This document shows, piece after piece, positions 9,685 through 24,706 of a stretch of DNA of 64,000 bases. The position numbers were made by a program, and so were the translations under genes. The stretch comes from Myxococcota bacterium (GTDB lineage Bacteria; Myxococcota; JACRCW01). The notes under the pieces were generated by a model that saw only the letters and a list, made by a program, of their open reading frames with translations, searched no databases and was not told where the DNA came from. The DNA is taken from the NCBI GenBank assembly GCA_040752415.1, contig JBFMGU010000011.1, positions 13,033 to 77,032 of the forward strand, written 5' to 3'. Within the stretch, counting starts at the first letter, position 1. Every line of letters begins with the position of its first letter.

Positions 9685-11007
9685 TCAGGCGGCGGGCAGG
9701 GAGAACGAGAAGGTGGCGCCCGCCTGGGGCTCGCTCTCCGCCCAGATGCGCCCACCGTGCTTCTCCACCAGCGCCTTGGCAATGGACAGCCCCAGGCCGC
9801 TGCCGGTGGCCTGCACGCCCGGCGCGCGCCACCACCGCTCGAACACGTGGGGCAGGTCGGCGGCGGAGATGCCCGGGCCGCGGTCGCGCACGGAGAACAC
9901 CACCTCCGTGCCCCGGTCCTCCGCCCACACCTCCACCACGCTGCCCTCCGGGCAGAACTTCAACGCGTTGCCCAGCAGGTTGGCGAGCACCTGCAGCAGG
10001 CGCACGTCGTCACCGGTCACGGTGAGGTCCGCGGGCACGGCGGCCTTCAGCTGGATCCTGCGCGTGGCCGCCACCGGCTCCAGCATCTCCACCGCGCGCT
10101 GCACCAGCGACCCGGCGGAGTGACGCGCCAGCTTGAGGGTCACCCGCCCCCCGTCAATGGCGCGCGCGCTCAGGATGTCCCCCACCAGCTGCTCCATCCA
10201 CGCGCCCGTCCACTGGATCTCGCTCACCGCGCGCTTGCACGCCGTGACGTCGCCGCGGTCCAGCAGGCGTCGCTGCAGCATGTCCGCGCGGAGCAGCACC
10301 GTGGTGATGGCGTTGCGCAGGTCATGGCTCAGCGTGCTCAGCACCTCCTCCCGCCGCCGCGCGTCCTGCTCCCGCGCCTGCCACGCCCGCACCCCCTCCC
10401 AGCCCGCTTCCACCTGCGCCACAAAGGCGTCCACCACCTCCATGTCCGCGTAGGCGAACCCCAGGCTCAGCACCGCCAGGGTCTGCAGGCCGGAGGAGAG
10501 GGGGAGCACCAGGCCCACGGGGGCGTCGTGCTCGTCGGTGAGGACGCGGCGGGTGCCGTTGTGGGCCACCTCCGTCACCAGCTCCTCGCTCCAGGCGGGG
10601 ACCAGCGCGGCCGGACCCGCGTCCTCCAGCCGTTTGGCCAGCGCGGGAGTGGCCGTGGCCGCCGCGGCCAGGCGCGGTTGCCCCAGCTCCACCACGTGGA
10701 CCAGCGCGCATTCCGCCAGGGAGTGGGACGCCAGGCGCGCCACCTCCTGCGCCAGCGCCTCCTCGGTCCGACACGCCCACAAGGCCCGCGCGCTCTCCCC
10801 CAGCACCCGCGCCAGCCCGGCCCGACCCTGACCCCGCGTGTCCGGCCCGTTGGGAGCGGCATGCTCCCGGTGGGCGCGCGTGGCGGTGGCCCCCATCTTG
10901 CGCCACGCGTTCAGCAGCTTGAAGACTTCACTATGCCACGCGGGATTCTCCGGCGTGGCCGCATCTGCAGGTGTCACTCCACCCCAGTGCCTGATGATTT
11001 CCAACAT
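9685..11007 (-). CDS. sensor histidine kinase (GAF-like + HisKA + HATPase)
   Basis: LSHDLRN H-box, NLLGNALKF, DRGPGI and GSGLGL. Start uncertain. Confidence 0.88.
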   Translation of the reverse strand: MLEIIRHWGGVTPADAATPENPAWHSEVFKLLNAWRKMGATATRAHREHAAPNGPDTRGQGRAGLARVLGESARALWACRTEEALAQEVARLASHSLAECALVHVVELGQPRLAAAATATPALAKRLEDAGPAALVPAWSEELVTEVAHNGTRRVLTDEHDAPVGLVLPLSSGLQTLAVLSLGFAYADMEVVDAFVAQVEAGWEGVRAWQAREQDARRREEVLSTLSHDLRNAITTVLLRADMLQRRLLDRGDVTACKRAVSEIQWTGAWMEQLVGDILSARAIDGGRVTLKLARHSAGSLVQRAVEMLEPVAATRRIQLKAAVPADLTVTGDDVRLLQVLANLLGNALKFCPEGSVVEVWAEDRGTEVVFSVRDRGPGISAADLPHVFERWWRAPGVQATGSGLGLSIAKALVEKHGGRIWAESEPQAGATFSFSLPAA

Positions 11008-11383
11008 CCTTGCCCCCCAAGGTGTGGATGGTTGTTCGGGCTGGAGCCCCCCTCCAGCACGACGTCAGAGCCGTTTGTCCCGTACCTTCCCCCAGCTTGC
11101 GCAACGTGTTGCACCAAACCTGCGCATCACGCTCTTTGTGATCCCGTGTTCACGGCAAGTCAAGCGGATTCACCCTTCGGTGGAGCGCGCCTTCGTGCCG
11201 CTTATCCGCACTTCAAGTTCTGCTTCATCCTCGTCGTGAAGCGGGGCTGCACGGCGCGTGGGAGATGCCCGTGATTACGCGGTGTTGATCGCGCCGGCCT
11301 GGTGGCGAGGCGCGGCTCCCGTTACCACCCGCGGCTGTCACTTCGGGTCTTCACCGGCGGTCACCGGGGGCGCGGAGGGCATC

Positions 11384-12226
11384 ATGGTTGCGGAGCCGCG
11401 GAGCGGTCTGGCGTGGAGCGTGGCGCTGGTGGCCTGGGCGTGTCGTCCGGAGGTGCACCCGCTGCCCGCGTCCAACCTGGATACCGGGGTGCTGCTGGAG
11501 GCGGTGGTGGCGTCGGGGGGACGGGATGTGCGGGCGGTGCGCTACGAGGTGCGCGCCCAGCCCTGTGCGGACGAGCCGGCGGATCCGTGGTCATCCTCCA
11601 CCCTGGTCCCTGCCGAGGGTGCGCCACCCCGCTTCCCCGCGCGTTTCCTGGCCACGCCAGCGGGTTGCCACCAGGTCCAGGCGGTCCCCCTGGACGGGTT
11701 GGGCGGGCCCGCGCCGGATTGCGGCCGCGCCACGGTGGATCCGGTGGTGGTGCGCCAGGACGACACCACGCGTGTCACCATCCCGCTGGCCTGTGACGAC
11801 GTCACCGCGCCCGGAGCCAGCGGCGGATCCCCGGGTTCGGATCCCGGCGCGGGGGAGTCGGGGAGCTGCGGGCCGGATCGGACCGCGCCGCACATCCAGC
11901 GTCTGGCGGCGGATCCGGAGGAGGTGCGGGAGTCAAGACAGCGCCGGATGCGTGAGGTGGAGGTGGACGCCCGCGCCCGCGACGCCTGTGACGAGGACGA
12001 CGCGCTCCGCTGCTACGTGAGCGACCTGACCGGCGGCGGGGAGGACGACCGCGAGATTGTGGACGCGCTGCGCGTGCGGGTGCGCGCGGAGGATCCGGGC
12101 CGGCGCTACCGCGTGGAAGTCACGTGCGCGGATGAGGCGGGGAACGCGGCGCGCGCGGAGGTGGCGGTGACCGTGGTGCAGCATCCCGGCCACGGGGACG
12201 AGGATTCCGACGAAGGCGGCGACTGA
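11384..12226 (+). CDS. hypothetical lipoprotein with Ig-like beta domains
   Basis: VAWAC lipobox-like signal; DRTAP...CADEAGN...VTV Ig-like module. Confidence 0.6.
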   Translation: MVAEPRSGLAWSVALVAWACRPEVHPLPASNLDTGVLLEAVVASGGRDVRAVRYEVRAQPCADEPADPWSSSTLVPAEGAPPRFPARFLATPAGCHQVQAVPLDGLGGPAPDCGRATVDPVVVRQDDTTRVTIPLACDDVTAPGASGGSPGSDPGAGESGSCGPDRTAPHIQRLAADPEEVRESRQRRMREVEVDARARDACDEDDALRCYVSDLTGGGEDDREIVDALRVRVRAEDPGRRYRVEVTCADEAGNAARAEVAVTVVQHPGHGDEDSDEGGD

Positions 12227-12232
12227 CGGGGG

Positions 12233-13783
12233 TCAGTTCAGCGGCCGGGCCACCACGCGCGGGGCCAGGCGGGCAATCTCGGCGTCGTCGGGGAGCGCGC
12301 TGTTCTGGGCGCGGCCCATCCCGTCCGGGAACGGGAACACCAGCTCCCTGGGCTCCCCGGCAAAGGACACCTTCACCGCGGAGAGCGTGGGCGCGTCCTG
12401 CCCGTAGAGGGCCAGGTAGACCGCGCGCACCATGAAGGCGGCGGCCACCGTGTCCTCCTCGCGCGTCTTGCGACGCGGCTTGGGCAGATCCTGCAGCGAC
12501 ACCTCCAACCGCTCCCCGGTCTGCATCACCGCCACGCGGGCGCGGGAGTAGGCCTGGTAGGTGGGGAGCTGGCGGCCGCCCAGGGTGGCGCGGTCCTTCA
12601 CCAGGGCCAGCATGATGGCCTTGCCCTCGGTCTCCAGGTCCACGCTGGCGTCGCGCAGGGCGCGGCGGTTGAGACGGTTGGCCTCCAGCAGGCTGGCCTC
12701 CGCGCACGCGGTCAGGGTGCGACGGTAGTCGGGCACCGAGGGGTCGCTCAGCAGCGCGCGCTCCGCGTAGGCGGCGCAGGCGCCGTGGCGCAGCTCCAGG
12801 GTCACGGTGGCCAGCGCGTGCAGCGTGGCGGCCCGGTCCTCCCGGCTCAGCCGATCCACACACGGGAGCGCGGTCTTCAGGTGCCCCTCGGCCTCGCTGA
12901 GGATCACCGGATCCAACGTGTCGCCGCGCTCCGCGGAGTAGATGAGCAGGCGGCCCAGCGCGGCGTGCAACGCCGGATCCTCCGGGGCGCGGCCCAGTGC
13001 CTCGTCCAGCAGCTGCTTCAAGGTCACCCGGCTCCCGGAGCCGCGGGCGTTGTTGACGTGGAGCGCGTAGCAGCGACCGTCATCCAGCTGGTTGCCCCGC
13101 ACCACGTCCACGCAGGCCTCGAAGGCGCGCTCCGCCTCGGTGGTCTTGCCCAGGCGCACCGCCACCTCGAAAGCCGCGTAGCGCCACCCCAGCCCCTCCG
13201 GGCTGCGCTCGCGGGCGCGGGCCAGCGCGCTCTCCGCGCGACCGGAATCCCCCAGCCGCGCCGCCACCCGCGCCACGATGCCCAGGGCCTCGTCGTTGTC
13301 GGGCTCTTCCTTCAGCGCGGTCTCGGCCAGACCCACGGCCTCGTTCAGCTCTCCCTCGCGCAGTGCGGCTTCGGCCAGCTCCACCAGGGGGCTGGCGTCC
13401 ACCACGCGGGCCTCGGATCCCACGCCACGCACGCTGTAGAGCCGCCGGTGCGCCCCGCGACCCTTGCCCACCGGGTAGCTCACCACCAGCCGCCCCGGTC
13501 CGCCCTGGCTCTCGGTGACGCGCGCGCTGGCCGGGTCGCGCGGGGGCGCGGCGGGACACACGCCTTCCACCACGCTCTCGCGCTTGCGCTGGGCCAGGCG
13601 GGCCTTGGCGGATCCGTCGGTGAGCAGGGAGATCTGGCCCGGTGGATCCTGCACCAGGAAGCGACGCAGCACCTCCCGCACGTCCGGGCCGGGCTCGGAT
13701 GCGCGTTCAGGCTCGGTGACGGCGGCGGCCAGCGTTGCCAGGCTCACCGCCCCCACCGCCCCCACCACCCACGCCGACCTCAC
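12233..13783 (-). CDS. secreted TPR-repeat protein
   Basis: Signal peptide; TPR-like helices ([24 protein letters not shown]); overlaps the gyrA stop. Confidence 0.7.
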   Translation of the reverse strand: MRSAWVVGAVGAVSLATLAAAVTEPERASEPGPDVREVLRRFLVQDPPGQISLLTDGSAKARLAQRKRESVVEGVCPAAPPRDPASARVTESQGGPGRLVVSYPVGKGRGAHRRLYSVRGVGSEARVVDASPLVELAEAALREGELNEAVGLAETALKEEPDNDEALGIVARVAARLGDSGRAESALARARERSPEGLGWRYAAFEVAVRLGKTTEAERAFEACVDVVRGNQLDDGRCYALHVNNARGSGSRVTLKQLLDEALGRAPEDPALHAALGRLLIYSAERGDTLDPVILSEAEGHLKTALPCVDRLSREDRAATLHALATVTLELRHGACAAYAERALLSDPSVPDYRRTLTACAEASLLEANRLNRRALRDASVDLETEGKAIMLALVKDRATLGGRQLPTYQAYSRARVAVMQTGERLEVSLQDLPKPRRKTREEDTVAAAFMVRAVYLALYGQDAPTLSAVKVSFAGEPRELVFPFPDGMGRAQNSALPDDAEIARLAPRVVARPLN

Positions 13784-16497
13784 GCGCCGCCCTCGTCGGA
13801 TCCGCCGGTGCCGTTGGTGCCGTGTCCGCCGTCGCCGGCCTCGGCATCCACGCCGTTGCCGGCCGTCTCGCCGTTGCCCGTGGTCTCCCCGGGCGGGGGC
13901 AGGCCGGCCATGCGCAGCTCCACGGTGGCCGGGTCGCTGTCCTCGCGCTCGGCCAGGCGGGCCACGCTCACCACGCGGTCACCTTCCTCCACCGCAATCA
14001 GGCGCACGCCCTGGGTGTTGCGGCCAATGAGGCTGATCTCGTCGGCGCGGGTGCGGATCAGGGTGCCGCCGCTGGTGACGATCATGACCTCGTCGCCGTC
14101 CTTGACCTGCACCAGGCCGGCCACCGGGCCGTTGCGGTCGGTGGTCTTGATGGTGATGAGGCCCTTCCCGCCGCGGTTCTGCCGCCGGTACTCCTCGATG
14201 GCGGTGCGCTTGCCGTAGCCGCGCTCGGTCACGGTCAGCACGGTGGCGTGGGCGTCCAACACCTCCATGCCCACCACCTCGTCGCCGTCCACCAGCTCGA
14301 CGCCGCGCACCCCCACCGCGGCCCGACCCATGGCCCGCACATCCGACTCATGGAACCGGATGGCCATGCCGTGGCGGGTGGCCAGGAGGATGTCGTTGTC
14401 GCCGCCGGTGACGTGGGCGGCAATGAGGCTGTCGCCCTCATCAATGCCGCAGGCAATCAGGCCGGACTGGCGCGGGTTGGAGTACTGCGTGAGGTCGGTC
14501 TTCTTCACCGTGCCCTTGCGGGAGCAGGTGATCACGAACTGCTTGCCTTCCTCCTCGGGGAACTTGCGCACCGGCAGGATGGCGCGCACGCGCTCACCCT
14601 CTTCCAACTGCACCAGGTTCACAATCGCCTTGCCCTTGGAGGCCGGGCCGCTCTCCGGCACCTCGTGGACCTTGACCCAGTAGACCTTGCCCTTGTCGGT
14701 GAAGGTCAGCAGGTAGGCGTGGGTGGAGGCCACGAACAGGTCCTCCACGAAATCATCCTCTTTGGTGGCCGCCGCACCCTTGCCGCGCCCACCGCGACGC
14801 TGCGCGCGGTAGTTGGAGAGCGCGCTGCGCTTCACGTAGCCGGCGTGGGTGACGGTGACCACCATCTCCTCCTCGGCGATGAGGTCCTCCACCGAGAGGT
14901 CGTCCACGTCGGGCATGAGCTGGGTGCGACGCGGGTCCGCGAACCGGGTCCTGATGTCCTTCAGCTCGTCCTTGATGACGTTCATGAGCAGGACGGGGCT
15001 GGCCAGGATGGCGCGCAGGCGGGCAATCAGCTCCTGCACCTCCTTGGCCTCGGTGACCAGCTTGTCGCGCTCCAGGCCGGTGAGGCGGGAGAGCCGCATC
15101 TCCAGGATGGCTTTGACCTGCAGCTCGTTCATCTGGAAGAAGCCGCGCTGGATGGCGTGCACCACCTGCGGCACCTCCGCCTCCACGAACTGCGGGAGCT
15201 TGCCCAGGTTGCCGCTGAACTTCTCGGCCAGCAGGCGGTCGCGTGCCTCCTCGGGGTCCTTGCTGCTGCGGATGATGTCGATCACGCGGTCAATGTGGTC
15301 CACCGCGATGATGAGACCGAGCAACAGGTTGAAGCGCGCCTCCGCCTCATTGAGCTCGAAGCGCGTGCGCCGTCCCACCACCTCCCGACGGTGATTGACG
15401 AAGAAGGTGATGAGGTCGCGCAGCGGCAGCACCTTGGGCTGACCGCCCACGATGGCCAGGTTGATGACGCCAAAGGTGGTCTGCAGCGGGGTGTGCTTGT
15501 AGAGCTGGTTGAGCACCACCTCGCCAATGGCGTCGCGCTTGAGGTCAATGGCGATGCGCATGCCGTCGCGGTCGGACTCGTCGCGGATGTCGCTGATGCC
15601 TTCCAGCTTCTTGTCCCGCACCAGCTCGGCCATGCGCTCAATGAGCTTGGCCTTGTTCACCTGGTAGGGAATCTCGTCGATGATGATCTGGCTGCGGCCC
15701 TTCTCCCGCTCCTCCACGCGCGCCTTGCCGCGGATCTTCAGCATGCCGCGACCGGTGGAGTACGCGTCGTACACGCCGGCGCTGCCGCACAGGTAGCCGC
15801 CGGTGGGGAAGTCCGGGCCGGGCATGAGCTGCATCAGCTCCCGCACGGTGATGTCCGGCTTCTCGATGACGGCCAGGATGGCGTCGATGACCTCCCCCAG
15901 GTTGTGGGGCGGCATCTTGGTGGCCATGCCCACGGCAATGCCTTCACTGCCGTTGACCAGCAGGTTGGGCACCTTGGAGGGGAGCACCGAGGGCTCGTGG
16001 GTGGTCTCGTCGAAATTCGCGACCATGTCCACGGTTTCCTTCTCGATGTCGGCGAGCAGCTCCTCGGCCAGCTTGGTGAGCCGGCTCTCGGTGTAGCGGT
16101 AGGCCGCGGCGGGGTCTCCGTCGACGGAGCCGAAGTTCCCCTGGCCGTCAATCAGCGTGTAGCGGACGTTCCACTCCTGCGCGAGACGCACCATGGCGTC
16201 GTAGACGGCGGAGTCACCGTGGGGGTGGTACTTCTTGAGCACCTCACCCACCACGCCGGCGCACTTGCTGTACTTGCGGTTGCTGAGCAGCCCCTCGTCG
16301 TACATCGCGTACAGGATGCGACGGTGCACCGGCTTGAGTCCGTCGCGCACGTCGGGCAGGGCGCGCCCGATGATGACGGACATGGAGTAGTCCAGGTAGC
16401 TGCGCCGCATCTCGTCGTCCATGGGGACGGGCTGGGCGGGACGCGCGGCGGGGGCACCGGGAGGCGGGTTGTTCGGCGGATTGAGTTCGTCGGTCAT
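13780..16497 (-). CDS. gyrA: DNA gyrase subunit A
   Basis: [34 protein letters not shown] (catalytic Tyr) and GyrA box QRRGGRG. Confidence 0.98.
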   Translation of the reverse strand: MTDELNPPNNPPPGAPAARPAQPVPMDDEMRRSYLDYSMSVIIGRALPDVRDGLKPVHRRILYAMYDEGLLSNRKYSKCAGVVGEVLKKYHPHGDSAVYDAMVRLAQEWNVRYTLIDGQGNFGSVDGDPAAAYRYTESRLTKLAEELLADIEKETVDMVANFDETTHEPSVLPSKVPNLLVNGSEGIAVGMATKMPPHNLGEVIDAILAVIEKPDITVRELMQLMPGPDFPTGGYLCGSAGVYDAYSTGRGMLKIRGKARVEEREKGRSQIIIDEIPYQVNKAKLIERMAELVRDKKLEGISDIRDESDRDGMRIAIDLKRDAIGEVVLNQLYKHTPLQTTFGVINLAIVGGQPKVLPLRDLITFFVNHRREVVGRRTRFELNEAEARFNLLLGLIIAVDHIDRVIDIIRSSKDPEEARDRLLAEKFSGNLGKLPQFVEAEVPQVVHAIQRGFFQMNELQVKAILEMRLSRLTGLERDKLVTEAKEVQELIARLRAILASPVLLMNVIKDELKDIRTRFADPRRTQLMPDVDDLSVEDLIAEEEMVVTVTHAGYVKRSALSNYRAQRRGGRGKGAAATKEDDFVEDLFVASTHAYLLTFTDKGKVYWVKVHEVPESGPASKGKAIVNLVQLEEGERVRAILPVRKFPEEEGKQFVITCSRKGTVKKTDLTQYSNPRQSGLIACGIDEGDSLIAAHVTGGDNDILLATRHGMAIRFHESDVRAMGRAAVGVRGVELVDGDEVVGMEVLDAHATVLTVTERGYGKRTAIEEYRRQNRGGKGLITIKTTDRNGPVAGLVQVKDGDEVMIVTSGGTLIRTRADEISLIGRNTQGVRLIAVEEGDRVVSVARLAEREDSDPATVELRMAGLPPPGETTGNGETAGNGVDAEAGDGGHGTNGTGGSDEGGA

Positions 16498-16572
16498 GGG
16501 GTGCTTCTGGGGGGCCGGTCACGACGTCAAAGCGCAACCGGACGCGGTGTTTCCGTTCAACAGGGAATGAGC

Positions 16573-16601
16573 GTCATAGGGGGCGCGGTGCCCCGCGTCA
16601 A
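16573..16601 (-). promoter_or_regulatory. putative sigma70 promoter of gyrA
   Basis: TTGACG-N17-TATGAC on the - strand, with an AT-rich tract upstream at 16629-16660. Confidence 0.55.
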
Positions 16602-16659
16602 CGAGATTCGACGCGCCACCACCTGGGTGTAAATTGTTGAAATTGTTTAGGTTTTTTGA

Positions 16660-17052
16660 TCAGGCGGTGGCGGAAAGGATGGCGACGCCGTAGGCGGCAA
16701 GCACGGTGTCTGCGGTCACCAGGGTGGCGCCCTCAAGTTGGGCTTGAGCCACGAGCAAGCGGTCAAAAGGGTCTGCATGGTGCCAGGGGAGATTCTCCAC
16801 CGCGGCAGCGTGGCGCGCGGTGACCGGCAGCTCGGTGAAGCCAAACGTTGGCGCGATCCTGGCCAGGTCTTCCTGCGTGACGTGGAGGTGGAGCTTGCCC
16901 AGGGAGCGCTTGATCGCAATCTCCCATACGTTGACGGCGCTGACGAAGACCTCGGGTGCCTGCTCGATCGAGGTTCGCGCGGTGAGGCTCAGCGTGGGCG
17001 AGTCGGAGACCCACCAGATGAGCGCATGCGTGTCGAGGAGCAGGCCCGTCAT
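16660..17052 (-). CDS. vapC: type II TA toxin, VapC/PIN domain
   Basis: LLLDTHALIW, SAVNVWEIAIK and HADPFDRLLVAQA. Confidence 0.93.
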   Translation of the reverse strand: MTGLLLDTHALIWWVSDSPTLSLTARTSIEQAPEVFVSAVNVWEIAIKRSLGKLHLHVTQEDLARIAPTFGFTELPVTARHAAAVENLPWHHADPFDRLLVAQAQLEGATLVTADTVLAAYGVAILSATA

Positions 17053-17312
17053 TTGTTGTCGGGTGGGAAGATGGGGCCTTTGTAGAAGGCGTCCAGGACA
17101 TCAGGCGGCAGCGGTGCGTCAAAATCATCTGCAACCCAGATCTTCCCCTTCCACAGACCCGGTTTCCGACGGGGGACGGGCTGTTCAAACGCCACCAGTC
17201 GGGCCACCGGCTTCCCGTCCCGCGCGAGGATGATCTCCTCTCCGGCGGCGGCGCGGTCCACCAGCTGCGACAGGTGGCCCTCGGCGGACTGGATGTTGAC
17301 CGTCTCAGACAT
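17049..17312 (-). CDS. type II TA antitoxin, Phd/YefM family
   Basis: LSQLVDRAAAGEEIILARDGKPVARLV and DDFDAPLP; ATGA overlap with the toxin. Confidence 0.92.
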   Translation of the reverse strand: MSETVNIQSAEGHLSQLVDRAAAGEEIILARDGKPVARLVAFEQPVPRRKPGLWKGKIWVADDFDAPLPPDVLDAFYKGPIFPPDNK

Positions 17313-17364
17313 GGCACCAACCTAGCCCGGGCCGCCACGTCCCGCCACGCAGGATGGCGGAGCC

Positions 17365-18153
17365 TCAGCTCGACGTGGAACTGGCCTTCCCTGCCTCGTG
17401 TTCGCCGCTGACCTCACCGGGACGACCACTCTCCACCAGCGCTTCGCTCTGCCACTGCCCCTCGGCCTCCTTGGGGGCCTGGTAGGGCTTGAAGGTGCGC
17501 AGGATGACGCCGGCGGCGCCCACGCAGATGGCCGCGTCGGCGATGTTGAAGGTGGGCCAGTGATGCCAGCTCGGGTTGATGATGGAGAGGTGCCAGTCGA
17601 TGAAGTCGATGACGTAGCCGTAGGCCATGCGGTCGACGAGGTTCCCCAGCGCGCCGCCCAGGATGAACGAGAAGCTGCTCAAGACCAGCCAGTCCGGCTC
17701 CCGCGTGCGCCAGTACCAGCTCAGAATCAGCACCATGGCCAGGATGCTCACCGCCACCAGGAAGGGCTTGCGCACCTTCTCCGGCATGTTGATGGTGAGT
17801 GAGAACGCCGCGGCGGGATTCTCCACGTAGCGGAAGTTGAACAGCCCCGGCACCACGGTGACCGAGCGCGTGGGGCGCCAGACCTTCACCTGTTTGAGCG
17901 TGCCGTCGTCCTGGGGGACCGCGGTCTCCACCGCCTCCGCCAGCTCGGCCTGCGCCAGCAGCTTGGTGCCCTGGTCCAATGCCAGCGTCATGCTCACCAC
18001 GGCGGGGAGCAGCAACAGTTTGGCCCAGCGAGGCGCCTGCGGCGCGGCCTTCTCCGGGATGGGAGGCACCAGGCCGCTGGTGGCGTCGCCAAAGAACCCG
18101 CCGCCTTCCGCGGGGGCGTGGCCATTGCTCGTGTTCTGCTCTTCCGTCGTCAT
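17365..18153 (-). CDS. lspA: lipoprotein signal peptidase II
   Basis: LDQGTK, N.AAAFS, GNLVDR, VIDFID and WPTFNIAD. Confidence 0.93.
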   Translation of the reverse strand: MTTEEQNTSNGHAPAEGGGFFGDATSGLVPPIPEKAAPQAPRWAKLLLLPAVVSMTLALDQGTKLLAQAELAEAVETAVPQDDGTLKQVKVWRPTRSVTVVPGLFNFRYVENPAAAFSLTINMPEKVRKPFLVAVSILAMVLILSWYWRTREPDWLVLSSFSFILGGALGNLVDRMAYGYVIDFIDWHLSIINPSWHHWPTFNIADAAICVGAAGVILRTFKPYQAPKEAEGQWQSEALVESGRPGEVSGEHEAGKASSTSS

Positions 18154-18222
18154 CCAGGACACCGTGGGCGCCGCCGACGTGCGCCAGCGGTCATGAGGAA
18201 CCTTCCCGAGAACATCACCGCA

Positions 18223-21327
<3,105 letters not shown>

Positions 21328-21611
21328 GGACACGTCCTAATGGGCCGATTGCCGGAACGCCGGATTCGGGGAATACCTGAGACGGCACCGGGGGCCCCGG
21401 CGGCCGGAACCGCGTCTCTATAATCATGCGGACGGGCCTCCGCCATGGCACTCCGTGCCATCCCCATCCCCCTCCCTCTCCCCATCCCCTACCCCTCCCG
21501 ATGGCTCCGCGGAGACGCCCACGCGCGGTCCTTCGGGATTGGGATGGGGAGGGGGAAGCCCGTTGAATGCGCAGCCGGGAGCTTCAGGACCGCTGCGCGG
21601 GAACGGGGACG

Positions 21612-22565
21612 TCAGAGGACGAACAGGCGTGGGTTGACCGGGATGCCGTTGATCCGGACCTCGTAGTGGAGGTGCGGACCGGTGCTGCGACCGGTGTTGC
21701 CCACCGCGCCGATGTGGTGGCCGCGCTTCACGCGCTCACCCACCTTCACCAGGATCTTGGAGAGGTGGCCGTACGTGGTGGTGTAGCCGTGGCCGTGCTC
21801 CAGGATGATGAGGTTGCCGTAGCCACCCTTGGTGCCGGCAAAGGTGACCACGCCGTCGGCGGGGGCCAGCACCGGGCTGCCCTCGCGCCCGGCGAGATCC
21901 ATGCCGCTGTGCATGGTGCGCTCGGCGGTGTACGGGTCGTCGCGGACGCCGAACTCACTGGTGACCCAGCCCTGCGCGGGGAACATGGAGGGCGTGCTGC
22001 GCAACAGCACCTCCCGACCCTCGTAGTACGCCATGAGCTGCCGCAACGACGCCGTCTGTCGCCCAGCCTCCTGCGGCAGCCCGTCCAGGCGGCTGTCCAA
22101 CAGGCCCAGCGCGAGATCCTGCTCCTCGGCGGTGTCGGCGGGGAGGGCGGCCAGCAGGGCCAGCTCCTCCTCACTGCCACCCGCGGGACCCTGGCCGCCC
22201 GGCGCGGTGGCGCCTTCCATGGGACCACCCACGGCGAGGCCGAGGCGCGGGTCCGAGAGGCGGGTGATGCTGCGCAGCTTCTGATCCATGCGCTGCACGC
22301 TGGCCACCGTCTGCTCCATCCCGCTGAGCCGACGATCGATCACCGCGAACTTCTCCCGCAGGCGCTGGTTCTCTTCCCGCAGCACGCGGTTCTCGAAGAC
22401 CTGGTCCACCACGTAGGCGTAGTGGATGGCCGCCGAGCCCGCGACGCCAATCCCGACGAGGGCCGCCACCGCACCGGCAAACACGGCCACCTTCGGGAGC
22501 TGGATTCGCCGCACGGCGGCGGACCGCTCCGGAATCAGCAGCAGCGTGTAGAAGCGGTTGGCCAC
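21612..22565 (-). CDS. M23 family peptidase with N-terminal TM and coiled coil
   Basis: HSGMD, YGHL and STGPHLHYEV; likely GTG start at 22565. Confidence 0.92.
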   Translation of the reverse strand: MANRFYTLLLIPERSAAVRRIQLPKVAVFAGAVAALVGIGVAGSAAIHYAYVVDQVFENRVLREENQRLREKFAVIDRRLSGMEQTVASVQRMDQKLRSITRLSDPRLGLAVGGPMEGATAPGGQGPAGGSEEELALLAALPADTAEEQDLALGLLDSRLDGLPQEAGRQTASLRQLMAYYEGREVLLRSTPSMFPAQGWVTSEFGVRDDPYTAERTMHSGMDLAGREGSPVLAPADGVVTFAGTKGGYGNLIILEHGHGYTTTYGHLSKILVKVGERVKRGHHIGAVGNTGRSTGPHLHYEVRINGIPVNPRLFVL

Positions 22566-22636
22566 TCTGGTGAGCTCCGCGCTTCCCGCGGCCCCCCGGC
22601 GGGGAGAGATCACCGGGACCCGTTGAAGCGTCGGCC

Positions 22637-22666
22637 AACCTACCGACGGTCAAGCGGAGGTGTCAA
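22637..22666 (-). promoter_or_regulatory. putative sigma70 promoter of the M23 gene
   Basis: TTGACA-N18-TAGGTT on the - strand. Confidence 0.5.
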
Positions 22667-22757
22667 TGCACCAGCTCATAATCGCAATGACCGATGACAC
22701 CCAACCTGTGGGAGCGTGGCGTTATTCCGTGGCCCCAGGTGCGTGTGCCTGCGCCCC

Positions 22758-23543
<786 letters not shown>

Positions 23544-23733
23544 GCTCCGCTCCGTGTCCTTGCCCAGCGATGTTGGGCTCTTACCGGGAGTCCCCAGGAT
23601 AGGCCAGCGTTCCTATCCCACATCAGGCGGTGGGGGGAAGATGATGCCGTCGGTCAAGGGGCGGGGGCAAGAGCGTGGGCGGCGAAAAGTGCCGCGCTGT
23701 GACGACGCAACGCAGCGATGCTATATCCCGGCC

Positions 23734-23922
23734 GTGAGCCAGACGCCCCACCCCGACGTGAGCTTCCGCGACGAGCGTCGCAGCGCGTGCATGGATGCGG
23801 CCCATGCCCGTGAGCGGGAGCGCGTGGCGGCGATGACGCCCCTGCAGCGGGCGAAAAGGGCCCTGGAGCTGGGCGTGTTCTGTCGCCGACTGGCGGAAAT
23901 GCACCAGCGGCCACGCAAGTGA
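23734..23922 (+). CDS. small protein, antitoxin-like
   Basis: 62 aa from GTG; TATATC 6 nt upstream; ERVAAMTPLQRAKRALELG helix pattern. Confidence 0.55.
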   Translation: MSQTPHPDVSFRDERRSACMDAAHARERERVAAMTPLQRAKRALELGVFCRRLAEMHQRPRK

Positions 23923-24113
23923 CGTCTCAAGACATGTCCGATCCCATCTCGCAGACGCTCCAGAACGCGGAGCGCGTGCGTGAGGTGCTGGCGCGGCAGG
24001 GTATCGATCAGGTCCTGGCACTGCGTCCCCCACGCACTGGGCGACGGGTGCGCGGCTGGCACGGACAGGATGGGGGCCATATCCTCTTTCGCAGACGGGA
24101 GGCCTTGCCATGA
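23919..24113 (+). pseudogene. short ORF, possible internally deleted nucleotidyltransferase remnant
   Basis: Overlaps both neighbours (GTGA and ATGA); the N-terminus TLQNAERVREVLARQGID ends where an NTase motif would be expected. Confidence 0.35.
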
Positions 24114-24706
24114 AGGCGCTGGAGCCGGACCAGAAGCTGCGCGACCCCGACCAGCGGGTGCGCCTTCACGGTCTGAGCTGGGACCAGTACGAGGCGCTGC
24201 TGCAGATGCGCGGCGAGTCGTCGGGCGTGCGCATTGCGTACTTGAAGGGCGAGGTGGAGCTGATGAGCCCGTCGCGCAGTCACGAGTGGATCAAGACGAC
24301 CCTGGCGCGGCTGCTGGAGGCGTGGGCCGAGGAGAAGGACGTCGAGCTTGGCGGTGTGGGTTCCTGGACGCTCAAGAGTGCGCCGGAGGAGCGCGGGGCC
24401 GAGCCGGACGAGTGCTACATCGTCGGCACCAAGGAGACCGACCGGCCGGACATCGCCATCGAGGTGGTGTGGACCTCGGGCGGCATCGACAAGCTGGAGA
24501 TCTACCGCGGCCTCAAGGTGCGCGAGGTGTGGTTCTGGGAGGATGGGCGCATCCAAGTGTACGCGCTGCGCGCCGCCGGGTACGAGCCGGTGCCCCGCAG
24601 CGAGGTGCTTCCCGACGTGGACCTGGTGGCGATGGTGCGCTTCCTCGAGGAGGAGGGCCAGACCGCGGCGGTGCGCGCGTGGCGGAAGTGGCTGCGCGGC
24701 GAATAA
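24110..24706 (+). CDS. Uma2 (DUF820) family PD-(D/E)XK endonuclease
   Basis: LSWDQYEAL, LMSPSRSHE, AEPDECY, PDIAIEV and KLEIY..L.VREVW. Confidence 0.92.
   Translation: MKALEPDQKLRDPDQRVRLHGLSWDQYEALLQMRGESSGVRIAYLKGEVELMSPSRSHEWIKTTLARLLEAWAEEKDVELGGVGSWTLKSAPEERGAEPDECYIVGTKETDRPDIAIEVVWTSGGIDKLEIYRGLKVREVWFWEDGRIQVYALRAAGYEPVPRSEVLPDVDLVAMVRFLEEEGQTAAVRAWRKWLRGE

Noticed and set aside
16195..16230. Quinolone-resistance change in GyrA
   Set aside because: The QRDR reads HGDSAVYD, i.e. wild-type Ser and Asp.
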